From Mobula hypostoma (lineage: Eukaryota): DNA of 64,000 nucleotides. Both the position numbers and the translations under genes were made by a program. The stretch lies in NCBI RefSeq assembly GCF_963921235.1, contig NC_086107.1, forward strand, positions 112,036,001-112,100,000, read 5' to 3'. Under the pieces are notes generated by a model that ran no database searches, had not been told where the DNA came from, and saw only the letters and a program-made list of their open reading frames with translations. Within the stretch, counting starts at the first letter, position 1. Each line of letters begins with the position of its first letter. Shown here in pieces: positions 47,545 to 61,101 of the stretch.

Positions 47545-50500
47545 GTAATAATCACTTGACTTTATTCTTTTTTAAAAAATTAGCCATATTCTCTGGTCAG
47601 TTTCTCACCATTTTCTGTTCACATTTCCAGCAGCAATTATCTTCTTAGTTAATCAAACATCTTCAAAAGCAACAGGTTTACTTGGACACCTCTGAAGATG
47701 CGGAGTTTCACTGCGAGTGCGCCTCCCATGGCAGAACTTTTGCTCAGCAGCAGAAACTGCAGCATCCTTCAGTCTCAACTTAATTTGATGTCTAGTTTTT
47801 CTTTTTAAAAGAAGTCCTCCTGAACAGCTATAGAGATGGGGACAGTAGGGACAGCATATCCAGATAGAGTCTAATCAACAACAAGGCGGCTTTGGAAAAG
47901 TAGCAATCCTAAAAAGGATGCAGTATCTCATTCCTCAACAGAAGTCCTTCAAAATGACTCAGTGGAAACAGTCTAAATAAAGATGAAATGCATACCATGT
48001 GCTCCCATCCTTGTTTACCTCAGTTTTGTTAAAAACATAACACATTTAAAGCAAAAAAAAAATTGGTCAGCTGATGAAAATATGGTAGTAACTGAACGAC
48101 AACCTAGCCTAGCAAGAATGAAACTCAGTAATAATCAGGGAGGGTTATGAACAGTGCTTTGTAAAATTATACAGCACCATAGGGCTGGGTTCTCTATAGA
48201 AACTCGCCATTCACTGCCTTAATTCTGGGCCCACAGCTCAATTTGGTTTGTAGGGGGAGATGCGGGCAGGAAATTGAAAGTAATACATTCTGCACCTTAC
48301 CAGCTTACTTTCTGCCCACCCACCTTTACAAGGGCAAAGTGAGAGGATTCCTTCACTCCTACTCTTAAGTGATAGACTGGTCGGTTGGAGTTAGGACTGC
48401 AGAAATAAAGAGGGGCAGGTGGAAATTGAGCATAGTTAAATTTGATTTTTCCCCAACAGAAATTTGCTGGAGACTTGTTTTTAAATACATTGCCATTTGA
48501 AAAAAGCAAGCATTGATTGTACTGAGTAAGCTCCTTACACAAATCAGAGCATTTAGGTGCCTGCCCAAATCTTTCCCCACTCCACTCAGAAATGAGCGGG
48601 AAAGGGCTTTTTCTTCTAGGTGCTTAAAACAGCCAATTAAAAAAAAAAAATAGCATTCAGGCATTGTTTTAAACATTACATAAAATTTTACCCAAAACAG
48701 ATTTTTGCAAGAGTACTTTACATAATTTTGCGAGAGTATTTTGCACAGCTTTTAAACAAAAACTGGGTTTCAAAGTAATCACATCAGCTGTGGAGCAAGT
48801 CCACCTGTTCTAGTCCCACAGTGGTTTCCTTCCCTTCTGCTCAAGCCACTATACAACCACATAAACCGTTCCCACCCCCCGTGTTTAGCTCAAAGGAAAC
48901 TACACAACTGCTCCCTATCCTAATTCATAGCCAGATGGAGCCAACCACAGTCACAGGTTGTTGTGGAAGAAATTATGGATAGACTCTGGCCATCGAGTGC
49001 AATTGGAAGGCTGCAAAAGGCAAAGTTGCACCGGGATGGGAGGAAGAGAGAGAGGGCAAGAAATAGTGTATAAAAATAAAGTTGCAACAAGTTGCATGAC
49101 TGCAAAGTGTCACATGCACCAATCAATGCTGAGTTAACGCAAGCCCAATCACCAGCACCAAGGCATCACTTCAGAGAGGTCACTGAAATCTGACTGGGTG
49201 GCAGCAAGCTGGGGAGCATCATGGTGTGCCAGCCGAACCGAAGTGTCTCTGCCCCAATATGTGTAGTAGGGTCAGTCTTTCAGAAACACTTCTTCCTAAT
49301 CAGGGCATGGCCGAGAGATCTGTTAGTGATAGTTTAAACATTCCCATTCACTTGGATTACAACTGTGACCACTGTGGCTGATGTGCTGATGTCCTGAATA
49401 TGAACTGCAAGGAAAAATCACAACCTTCCATGCTCAGCAACCCCCTTCCAACTGAGCCCCCCCAGGCTAAAGGCTTCAGATTGAACACAGACAAGCAGCT
49501 GAGAATGAATAGATACAGCAAGACAAATATTGCCGGAATTGGATGCTCTCTCAACTTGGAGCTGGTATCCAAACTGAAATTCAGGGTCAGCCATAGAGAG
49601 TCATTACCACACATATCAATGGTGCATTCATGCGCAACAAGGGCTCCATTCAAATTCAGAAATGGTTGTGCACACATCTCTGGCTGCCCAGTCTATGGGA
49701 AGTGTCTATCAGATGTCAGGGAGATGAATGACTGTGGAATGAATTGATAACGTGAAAGAACAGTGAAAAATCTCACTGACTGGGCCGGGACTGCAAAAAC
49801 ACTGACCTTTCAGGGAGAAGTTTGCTGGTGCTTCTTCATTCTTTAGTTGCAAGCCGCACAATGAGGACAAAGGATCCACCTCCCTGACAATGCCCTATGC
49901 ATTCTGTTACTACAACTTAACAACAGAGAGATCACATTTGTTATTCTTCCACCACCAAATGCTTCAATCTGAGAGCCAAGGCATTTTTAACCCCTCAGTA
50001 GGTCAACCAACAAGGCAGGTTTTGTTGAAAACAGGGGCAGCAACAGGATGCGAGGGCTGGGGTGCAAAACCAAGTCAATAGTTTGCAAACTTCACTGATG
50101 TGAGCCTGCACAGAGAACTGTTGCAAGTCTTAACGATTCAAGCAAAAGGGGAAAAAAACCACAGAGCAGCTTCCAAACCACTAAAAGGCATCAGACAAAC
50201 CACTTAGGTTTATAAACAGGTGGTTGCAACACACTGTGAGGTCAGTCAAGTTAGGTAAACAGAAGGGGAAATCAAATTCAAAAATTTGCATTGCAAGGCA
50301 TTTCTTTAGCTAGAGCCAACAGATTTATTTAAAAACAAGGCTAGGCTGTGATGATTGCTGGAGGGATCTGGGGTTGTGTGAAAAGAGGCGAGGGAGGGAG
50401 GTGGTAAAAAATACAAATGGGCAACATTCAGTTCCCATGCCAACTTGTGCAATGGGAGAATCTCAGGCAAGCTGGGACAAGCCCTTCATGGTGCTTTTGA

Positions 50501-51810
50501 TGACTCTCAGCCACACTATGTTGGCACTGGCAAGTAAGCCAGCTGTCTTGACAAGTACTGTTGTACAAGTATCTCTGAGCTGACAGCATCACCATACACA
50601 AGAAAGTCAATGGTTAAAGGTCATAAAATATATCATTCCAACTCAGCATAAAAGTGTGCAACATACCTATCCAATGCTGCAGATGTCTTGACTCCAAGTG
50701 TATAATCACAAGGACTGAAACCTCATGGGACTATACTGCAGAGGCCTGGGCAGAAGTGCTCCACATCTCTCAAGTGGACTTGGGTGACCACGTGTATTCA
50801 CCATAGTGACACTGAACCGATAAGGGAGAATGAGGCCAGTGATGAACCCATGTAATAACTCATTGTATACTGCAGTGGTTTAGTGGGTCACCTGAAGACG
50901 ATACCATTGACAGATTCCACAAAAAAAGAGGCAAGGAACAATGAAAAGTAAAAAATCAGGAAAGCCGGACACCAGGAACGTTTACTTATTAGATGAAGCA
51001 GCAAACAGGTCAGCATCAATGTCATAGCAAATGGCAAATGCTTCTCATTACCAAAGTTGATTGAGTTAAGGGCTCTTTGGGTGGGGGGGGGGCAGGGTCA
51101 TGCAGTTTAAAAGACCAAACTTAAAAGCCATTTCTTCTGGAAGTGACTAGATTCTTAAAATGTAGCTTCAATGCCTCAAAACAGAGTGGGTTTTATTCTC
51201 GGTTGGTACTCAGTTTCTACCATTTCAGATTGCTCCAATGCATTCATCGGTATGGTACGGAGGGGTGAACGGCAGAGGGAGGACAGCTGTATAATGGGTG
51301 CTCGATACTCCAAATGGATTTCATCTCCCCCTCAGAATGGGAATGGACAAGGGTTTACAGTTCTGGCCTTGTGTAGGATGGACGAGCAAGGTTTCAAATA
51401 AATTCCCTTAAGTTGTTGCTTTGACCTCTTGCCCCTGCTGTTAGATTCCTGCTCACGCACAACAAAGAAACCCAGTTACACTGTTTAAAAACAGTGAAAA
51501 CACAAACAGACATACAAGAACAAGTTAGACGTCAAAAAGCAGATTTGAGCAACTCTGCTTCATACAATGCTTTAACCAGAAAAATATACTATAAAGTTTA
51601 TACTTTTCCTTCAGCCAGAAAAATTACGGAATCAACTCATACACAACCTTAAATGCTACATGTAGTGCCAGGATTACCATGAGTTTCTGGCCAATAAGCT
51701 CTTTCCTTTCTAGAAAGTATCTCTGTAGTGTTGAGTGACGGGGGCTCTGGGAGGAAAAGGTATTTTTGGGTTGCGGGGCAGAAAGGGCAGGCAGGGGTTG
51801 AAAAGTGCAT
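47545..51810 (-). other. AKT1S1: Putative long 3'UTR of AKT1S1 with proximal and distal poly(A) signals
   Basis: About 4.3 kb with no recognisable TE. Minus-strand AATAAA at 51197-51192 and 47566-47561. Confidence 0.55.
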
Positions 51811-51954
51811 TTAATACTTCCGATAGGGCTTCTGAAAATCACCGGTGTTGAGTCGGGGCCGCGGCAGATCACCGAACATCTCAGTGCCGTCTGTTACGCT
51901 CATGGCCAGGGCTTTCATGCTGGCAGCGATCTTGTCCAGGTCTGGCGAAGGCAA
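51811..51954 (-). CDS. AKT1S1: PRAS40 terminal coding exon with the Akt site
   Basis: cttttcttttcatcatcag acceptor. Reads [53 protein letters not shown] is the T246 Akt motif. Confidence 0.96.
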   Translation of the reverse strand: MPSPDLDKIAASMKALAMSVTDGTEMFGDLPRPRLNTGDFQKPYRKY

Positions 51955-52829
51955 CTGATGATGAAAAGAAAAGCAGTCAGTGGCTTTTATGGCAACTAGT
52001 GGCTAGAAATGTCCACAGTTCAGCCAGGGGCCTCATGGAACACAGTATCAGTGGAGATGAGCTATTTCAGATGTCTAGGATCTCGTGTTTTTTTAAAATG
52101 ACAATAAATTGACATTGCACCAGCATTGCAACACTTTCTCTGATCCCTACCTCCAGCTCTGCTGAACCTGTTCTGCTACTCAATCAGATCACAACTGACC
52201 TGTAATGCAAGTCCATTTGCTGACTCCACCAATGGCTCCCACACCTCTCAAAAATAGAACATTTAAAGTACTAAAGTCTCATATTCATAACCGCTCTGCT
52301 CTGACAGTGTAGACAGTTAATCTTTTTCTGACAGAACTAAAAAAAGGAACCACTTATCCCATAGTAACAAAAAAAAATCTAGAATGCAGGAATTATTTAT
52401 TTACAGACCACAAAATATACTGCTCCGGGGGGAGGGGGGGAATGAAGCTATTAATATTTTTTCCCCAAAGATCTTTTTAAACTTTTATGTATGCATCACA
52501 TATCAATGAAATGTAGAAGCAGCACTGAAATCTGTAAATATCTTTGATATTCATTCATTGAGATCACTGGATCCTATGCACTAGATGCTCCCCAAACTTC
52601 ACCTCTCCATCCTCCACTCAGGGAATCCAACACAAAGTCAAAGCCAATAATCACCATCGTTCCCGTGATGCATCTTGGGACCTTGTTACATTAAATGTTT
52701 TATTTTAAAACAAGTGGCCACCTCTGCTGGAGAACTTGATTGGAGAGGGTGGTGGAGATGGTAAACAGGAAAGATGGTGATTGGGAACACTGCCTATAGC
52801 TTCAAAGCTCTCAAAAACAAGTTTTGGAC

Positions 52830-54290
52830 TCTGATAGTAAGGGTACACTGGCCTTTATGAGTAAGGACATTGAAAATGGAAGTTGGGAGCTCATGGTGTG
52901 TTTGTACAAGATGTTGGTGGGGACATACTGTGTTCAGTTTTGGTCACCCTGCTATAGAAAAGATGTTAAATAAATGAAAAGAAAGCAGAAAAGATTTACA
53001 AGGACACTGCAAGGACTTGAGGGACTCAGTTATGGGGAGAGGTGGGGGGGGGGGGGGAGAGACAGGCTAGGACCTTTTCCCTTGGAGCGTAGAAGACCGA
53101 GAGGTGATCTTACAGAAGTGCACAAAAATCATGGGGTGAATGCACTCTAGTCAGGGTTGGGAAAATCAAGAGCTAGAAGACAGAATCAAGGCAAGAGGGA
53201 GAAGATTTGACATGAACTTGAGGAGCAACTTTATTTAAAGATACACAAAAGGTGATATAAGATGCCAGAGGAAGTGGCTGAGACAAGTACACTTACAACT
53301 TTTAAAAGACAGTTGGATAGGTAAATGGATAGGAAAGACGCAGAACAGAGGTTCTCAACCTTTATTATGCCATAGATCAATACTATTATGCAAGGGGCTC
53401 ATGGTCCCAAGGTTGAGAATCCCTGGTTTAGAAGGTAATGGACCAAATACGGTAAAATGAGAATAGCTTAGATGGTTCTCATGGAACAGTTGGGCTGAAG
53501 GGCCCGTTTCTGTGCTGTATGACACAATAAATTATGAATTATTTATTGAAAAATTAAATTAAAGAATGCTTTAGAACAGAGGGATCTAGGAATAGTGGTG
53601 CTTAGTTCCCTGAAGATGGAATCTCATGTGGATAGTGTGGTGAAGAAAGCTTTTGGTTTGCTGGCCTTTATTAATCAGAGCATTGAGTATAGGAGTTGGG
53701 ATGTAATGTTGAATTTGCATAAGGCATTGGTAAGGCCAAATCTGGAGTATTGTGTACAGTTCTTGTCACCGAATTACAGGAAAGATGTCAATAAAATTGA
53801 GAGAGTACAGAGGAGGTTTACTAAAATGTTGCCTGGGTTTCATCTCCTAAGTTACAGAGAAAGGTTGAACAAGTTAGGTCTTTATTCTTTGGAGCGTAGA
53901 AGGTTGAGGGGGGACTTGATAGAGGTGTTTAAAATTATGAGGGGGATTGATAGAGTTGATGTGGATAGGCTTTTTCCATTGAGAGTGGGGAAGATTCAAA
54001 CAAGAGGACATGGGTTGAGAATTAGAGGACAAAAGTTTAGGGGTAACATGAGGGGGAACTTCTTTACTCAGAGAGTGGTAGCTGTGTGGAATGAGCTTCC
54101 AGCAGAAGTGGTTGAGGCAGGTTCTATGTTGTTGTTTAAAGTTAAATTGGACAGCTATATGGACAGGAAAGGAATGGAGGGTTACGGGCTGAGTGCAGGT
54201 CGGTGGGACTAGGATAGGGCAAGAGTTTGGCACGGAATAGAAGGGCCGAGAAGGCCTGTTTCCGTGCTGTAATTGTTATATGGTTATAAA
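52830..54290 (+). mobile_element. Two CR1 3' fragments in an AKT1S1 intron (the younger ~53570-54290 with a 205-aa open frame)
   Basis: RPNLEYCVQF, RRLRGDLIEVFK and FFTQRVVAVWNELP. Confidence 0.85.
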
Positions 54291-55064
54291 TATTGCTGTT
54301 ACATTATATACAGCAGTAGATATAGTAGGGACTATTCCTCATTCAACTGCACCAGGTTTGTTAGCCCACCAATTATTTTGCGGGACTACTGTAGGATCCA
54401 ATGGGGCCTTGTATGGATTGCACCCTCCCCCAGGAAAAAAAAAAGAGCACGGCAAAAATCTACAAAGATATTCCAATGCTCTCAATTCTATTTGGTGAGT
54501 GAGCTCCTTCTGGAATTGCAGCCAAATGGGTGACCCATCACCGACCAGATGAGAAAATCAGAAAGTCAAGACTCTTAATTTATCTTTTTTTCCCCCCCAC
54601 TCATTGTTTTTTTTTGTTCAAGAGTGAAGAGGCATGGGATGCTGTCCCTAGTTTGACATGTGGGCACCATTAGCAAACTGGCTGTTGCTGCCCATTCCTG
54701 TTTTCCCCCTACATCTGGAACACCAAAGTCATTCACAGGATTGCCTCAGGGCCGTTTGGGAGTCAACCATATCATGTGGGGATAGGACCTAATATAGATC
54801 TAGATTGGGCAAGCAGGCTTCCGAATCACATAATGGTTAAATCTCAGAGGCCTTTTGGCCCAATGATATATGGGGTCTATGCAATAATCCAGCTGGTTCC
54901 ACCCATATTCATTTCCCCTTTCAGATATTTATCCAGCTCCTTTTTGGATATTACACTGAAATACTTTACTGAGCACGTCGAACCTCTTCCTAAAAGACCA
55001 ACTTGATGGTCAGTTTCAGCAATAATAATTCTTTGGCATACCAGCAGGAGAGAATATACCTTAC

Positions 55065-55219
55065 CCGTTCATCGTTATCTCCATCAGCGAACTTCTTTGG
55101 CTTCAGATCTTTGAATCCCCAGATGGGAACTGACACGGGCAAGGACTTGGCATATTGATGACACTTTGTTTGAGAAAGAGTTTGTGGACGAATAGGAAGC
55201 TCTTCACTCAAACTGCCAT
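55065..55219 (-). CDS. AKT1S1: PRAS40 penultimate coding exon
   Basis: ttgcag acceptor and gtaagg donor. Reads (D)GSLSEELPIRPQTLSQTKCHQYAKSLPVSVPIWGFKDLKPKKFADGDNDER; YAKSLPVSVP.WGFK is diagnostic. Confidence 0.95.
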
Positions 55220-56360
55220 CTGCAAGTCAAGGGGTAAAGCAAAACTACCAATTAGCTACAAGATATTGAAACACTTGGAGTCCCAGTACACATCAGATAC
55301 ACTGTAACTACTGTGCAAGACCTAGGTGGATTGCCCATGCAGATCTTTGCAAGGATCTTGTGGTGGCAGAGAGCCTTTTTGAGTTCTTGAGATCCAAAGA
55401 GCAATGCAGTCTGTAGTTTAGCCATCTGGCGCTTAACTCCTGGTAGGGTCAACCATGATGGCAAGTTCAAGGGGAAGCTTCTAGGCAAAGAGTGATCCAA
55501 CCAAGCACTCAGTGGTGGAGCTGGTGGAAGATGATGACACATCATGATAGCAGTGAAGTGGGAGAAAAGCTTCAACAGTAAAGGGTTCCCAGTAGTCTTC
55601 CATTCCATGCCACTGGACCCTGACCTTGAACTCTTGAGGACTGTATTCTGGTATGTCCATGCATCAGCCTCCCCACATTAAATAATGCCATGGACAGGTG
55701 CTCTCCGTTAAGGGAATTCACTATTACATCTTGGAAACCCTTTAGGACTAGGGTTCACAACTTTTATTTCTTTCTTTTTTTAAATGCCATGGATCCCAAT
55801 CATTAACTGAGTGGATGGTGCACCACAGGTTAGGAAACCCTGCCTTAGGGGAACATCAGCCTCGTCACAAGTGAGTGCACTACTACTACGGCCCATGCAG
55901 TTTCTACCTGGTCCCATAACATTCTCAAACCACCTAATTTTCCTGGAGGTTTATCATCAGTCAGCTCTAATAGAAATACAAATGCAAAATAGAAATGGAA
56001 GCTAGAATTCACTCAGGCATCAAAGAAAGCCTTTTCAACACAAGTCTATGCTATATCATGAAATGCATCTCAACCATCCACAAAGGTGTGTTGTTGTAAG
56101 CAGTACTGAACTACAATCCACTCCACACCAGTAGAGATAATGTCCATTTACTAAATTGGCTTAACTACCTCAACTTGTGATTAATCCAATTCTTAAAAAT
56201 GACAAGAGCGAGTGTGCCACTATGAGTACCATGGAATAAACAGCTCCTTCCTACTTATGCAGCCTATACTAGATTCAATACAGTTTGCATTTACCATAAC
56301 ATATAGGACCAGAATTGGGCCATTTGGGCCACTGAGACTGCCCCCCCACTGTAGACTTAC

Positions 56361-56444
56361 CATCTGTGCTCTCGCCATCCAAATCAGATTCAAAGAAAGG
56401 CTCACAATCCTGACTGGTTGACTCTTCATCCATTGTGAAGATGG
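56361..56444 (-). CDS. AKT1S1: PRAS40 exon carrying the TOS motif
   Basis: tttttttcccctacag acceptor, gtaagt donor, phase 1/1. Reads IFTMDEESTSQDCEPFFESDLDGESTD, compared with human LFVMDED...FCESDPESTD. Confidence 0.92.
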
Positions 56445-56577
56445 CTGTAGGGGAAAAAAAAAAATCAAGTTAACACATTAATGTGAAGGCTGGAGTACAA
56501 CTTTCAAACTTTTGTGGACAACATCAAGTTGGAGGTACAGTTAACAGAAGAGGATGATGACAAAAAGACCATGATGC

Positions 56578-58047
56578 ACTTGATGTTGCAGTGTTTGCTG
56601 AGCTTGGCAATAAGCTTGCAGATATTTCATTGCCAGTCGAGGTGACATCCTCAGTACGCAATTGTTGGTATTTCTCTCTGGAAGTGCTCGTGTTTGTATA
56701 GGCTCCAGTTCACTTGCCTAGGTCCTGACTGGCTACCCCTTCAGTTGACCTTTGAATTCTATTGGCTCGCATTTCTTTGGCTCTTAGGGGTTCATGGATG
56801 TCATCTATTTCACTATGTTTGTTTACAGAGTTATCAGAAGAGAAACATGCTTCTAAAAATTCTTGAGCCTGCTTCGTGTTTGCCTGCACCAGAACCTCCA
56901 TGGTGTCCATAAGACCATAAGACAAAGGAGCAGAAGTAGGCCATTCAGCCCATCAAGTCTGCTCCGCCATTTTATCATGAATATTTTCCATTCTCCTATT
57001 TAGTCCCACTCCCCCGCCTTCTCACCATAACCTTTGATGCCCTGGCTACTCAGATACCCATCAATCTCTGCCTTAAATACACCCAATGACTTGGCCTCCA
57101 CTGCTGCCCGTGGCAACAAATTCCATAGATTCACCACCCTCTGACTAAAAAAAATTTCTTCGCATTTCTGTTCTGAATGGGCGCCCTTCAATCCTCAAGT
57201 CATTCCCTCTCATACTAGACTCCCCCATCATGGGAAACAACTTTGCCACATCCACTCTGTCCATGCCTTTCAACATTCAAAATGTTTCTATGAGGTCTCC
57301 CCTCATTCTTCTAAACTCCAAGGAATACAGTCCAAGAACGGACAAACATTCCTCATATGTTAACCCTCTCATTCCCGGAATCATTCTAGTGAATCTTCTC
57401 TGTACCCTCTCCAACGTCAGCACATCTTTTCTTAAATAAGGAGACCAAAACTGCCCACAGTACTCCAAGTGAGGCCTCACCAGCGCCTTATAGAGCCTCA
57501 ACATCACATCCCTGCTCCTATACTCTATTCCTCAAGAAATGAATGCCAACATTGCATTCGCCTTCTTCACTACTGACTCAACCTGGAGGTCAACTTTAAG
57601 GGTATCCTGCACGAGGACTCCCAAGTCCTGTTGCATCTCAGAACTTTGAATTCTTTCCCCATTTAAATAATAGTCTGCCCATTTATTTTTTCTGTCAAAG
57701 TGCATAACCATACACGTTCCAACATTGTACTTCATTTGCCACTTCTCTGCCCATTCTTCCAATCTATCCAAGTCTCTCTGCAGACTCTCCGTTTCCTCAG
57801 CACTACTGGCCCCTCCACCTATCTTCATATCGTCAGCAAACTTAGCCACAAAGCCATCTCGATCATCCTTCTCGATCGTCGTGTACCAAGACTAATGGGA
57901 TACCACAAAGGTTCTGGCGTACCAACAACTGTGCACTGAGGATGTCACCTCAACTGGTGATGAAACACCTACAAGCTAACTGCCAAGCTTGGCGAACACT
58001 GCAACATCAAACACCTCAACCAGAGCTACCAATATTCACAACCATCC
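56578..58047. mobile_element. Fold-back Penelope-derived element with a CR1 (-, ~56906-57857) inserted near its centre
   Basis: About 90-bp inverted repeats at 56580-56670 and 57919-58011. CR1 peptides KFADDMKIGG and RPHLEYCGQFW. Confidence 0.65.
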
Positions 58048-58552
58048 TAAATGTGATGTGACTGGAAATTTTACTCTATGGTATGAGAATACAATAGAAA
58101 TATTACTTCTTTCTAAAACAAGGTGTCTCATGAGAGAAGTACAAGGGGGCATAAACATAGCAAATCAGTGATGCAGAATAATAAGTCATAAATGTAAAAA
58201 AATTTAATTTTATATTTGAGGGAAGAATTGAAAAGCAGTGTTTGTTAAATTTTATTGATATAGTGCCTTTACCACAAAAGAATCTGCAGTAAGGCTCTTC
58301 AGGTGTAAAAGCAACAATGATCAACCAAGGAGAACTTGAAAGATGCATTTTCAGAAAGTTTAGGAAGGGAATTCAGAAGAATGAGATCAGAGACGAACAA
58401 GTCAGAACTGGAGACGAGTTAAGGATGCAAGACAATGTTGGATAACAAAGATAAAATACTGATACAAGAGCAGTACCCATTATACACAAGGACAATGGAG
58501 TAACAGGACTTGGTACAAGTAAAGAGAGAACAGATGTTTACACACAAGAGCT

Positions 58553-59053
58553 ATACACTTTATTAGATACGGAGTGAAACTCTTGTGGTCTTCTACAGCT
58601 TCAAGTTTTGACGTGTTGTACATTCAGCAATGCTTTTCTGCACACCACTGTTGCAAAGTCTGATTTTGAGTTTATTCTCACCTTCCTGTTAGCTTGAACC
58701 AGTCTGGTCATTCTCCTGTGACCCCTCTCAATAACAAGGCATTTTTACACACAGAACTGCCACTCACAGAATATTTTTGTTTTTTTTTGCACCATTCTCT
58801 GTAAACTCTAGAGACTGTTGTGTGTGAAAGTCACACGAGATCAGCCATCTGAGATATTACCCAATCTGACACCAACAATCATTCCAGTTAGTCACATAGA
58901 TCACATTTCTTCCCCATTCTGATGTCTAGTCTGAACAACAATGGAACCTCTTGACCATGTCTGCATGCTTTGATGCATTGAGTTGCTACCACATGATTGG
59001 CTGATTAGATATTTGCATTTACAAGGTGTACCTAATGAATGGCCACTGAATTT
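58553..59053. mobile_element. Non-autonomous Tc1-like element
   Basis: Degenerate terminal inverted repeats of the CAGTGGCCACTTTATTAGGTACAC type: left tacactttattagatac, right gtgtacctaatgaatggccactg. Confidence 0.6.
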
Positions 59054-61101
59054 ACAAAGCTGATTTTGATACTTCGAAGGATGGAGTCAGGGTGAAGTGC
59101 TGAGGCAAACTTTGAAAGTGCCAGGTAACTCCCAAAAGACAAGTTAATTATCCACAGAATTATCTACACTTAGTGCAATATAATTCATTCTACCAACAGA
59201 GTTTGCTGTTGAAATTTGTTTCAGACAATAGATTTGCTTTTTAGTGCACATGGGAAACCCAGTAGATTTTTAAAAAAACCTTAATGCTTTCAATTATTCT
59301 ATCATGAAGTGAATATTATTGACAGTAGATTGGTGGGGTCTGGAGCCAGGTGGTCAGATGGGGCAAGTACAAAAATTATCCTTGCTGGAAGGAAAATTGG
59401 AATGTCTTTAAACCTACCAGTTCATCAACGGTTTCCTGGTTACTGCTACTGATACTACAGGTTTTAAAAAAAAACTCACGTTACTCCAACAAGCTTCATC
59501 ATGGGCACTCAAAAAGCATCATTAAGGAGCCCCAACTTTTTCCCCTATCTTTGCACTATTTAATATTTTTATATACAAGGCAGCAATGGCAAACCACTTC
59601 ATAGAACAATTTGCCAAGAACAATCATGGTCATGGAAAGACCACGATCATCCACATTGTACAACACAGCACATAACAAATGAGCAATATTGTAATTTACA
59701 GTTTATGTATTGCAATGTACTGTTGCAGTAAAACAACAAATTTCACGATATATGCCAGTGATATGAAACCTGATTCACTAAAGATTTCCAGCATTTTCTA
59801 TTATTATTTCATATTTCTAATATCAGCAGATTTTAAAAATATATTTCCGGGCTTAAAATTCCAAAATCCCAGCTGCCTCAGTGGGATTTGAACTGGTCTC
59901 TGAACTGTGAGACAACTCCTGGGTGCTAGTCCACTATTCTACTATCTTCATGAATGGCACAACACCAAATTCCTGATTAGACTTGAGTACAGATGAACAA
60001 GACACATTGTTCCAATAACCTGTTTTATTTCACTGTACCTACCACTGCACTCAAAAGGACAATCAAAAATTCACTTATACTTTAGAGAAACCCTAACTGA
60101 ACCAGTAATAATTTCACAGCAAAGCATGAAACACAAGAGATTCTGCAGATGCTAAAAATCCAAAGGAACACACAGTAAATGCTAGAGGAACTCAACATGT
60201 CAGACAGCATCTATGGAAATGAATATACAGCTGACTTTTCAGACCGAGACCTTTCATTAGTCCTTGGGAGGTTGCAGGTGAGAAGCTTGTTCTGTATGAA
60301 TCTGTATAGCACCAGTCATGGCTTAGTGAGCAGCAGTCACCTCAGAACACTCTATCCATTTATTTAAAGATGCAGCATGGTAACAGGCTCAACGAGGCCT
60401 GCCCAATTAACCTGTGCACCTTTGGAATGCAGGCAGAAACCAGAATACCCAGAGGAAACCAACATGGTTACAGGGAAAATGTGCAAACTCCTTACAGACA
60501 ACAGCAGAATTATCACTAATAGAGTTACACTTAACCATATCTATGATTTTGACAATGTTTGTCTTGATCTTGGTTTATATTGTTACTGATATACATATTT
60601 GAACTGATTCTCCTCTTAACCATATCTATGCTTTTTTAAAAATCAATAAAAAGATTGATGAAGAAAAAGAGTTACACTAGCTGCTACACCACCGTGCCAT
60701 CCGCAGTAAGATTTGGCTTTAAATGCCATGCCAGGATCTGGAGCACATGTCTTACTGGCATTTCAACACACATGGAAAGAAGATTTCAAAGCCATAAGTA
60801 GCATACATCAGATGAAGCACACACGAGATCCTGCCTGCTGTTTCTATTATTACACAAAGAATTTGCACTTTATCTGTAGGTTTTTCATCTTCCTCCCCCA
60901 GGGGTGTTTGTTGTTTTCTTTTAAAATGGGTTCTTTGTGTTTCTTGTTTTGTGGCTACCTGTAAGGAGACGAATCTCAAGGTTGTATTATGTGTACATAC
61001 ATTAATAAATTTACATTGAACCTTGATGTGACAATAACAAACCAAACAATGGTTATGCTGCTTATGAGCACTCCTTGTATTCTAACTGGTTAAAATGCAG
61101 C

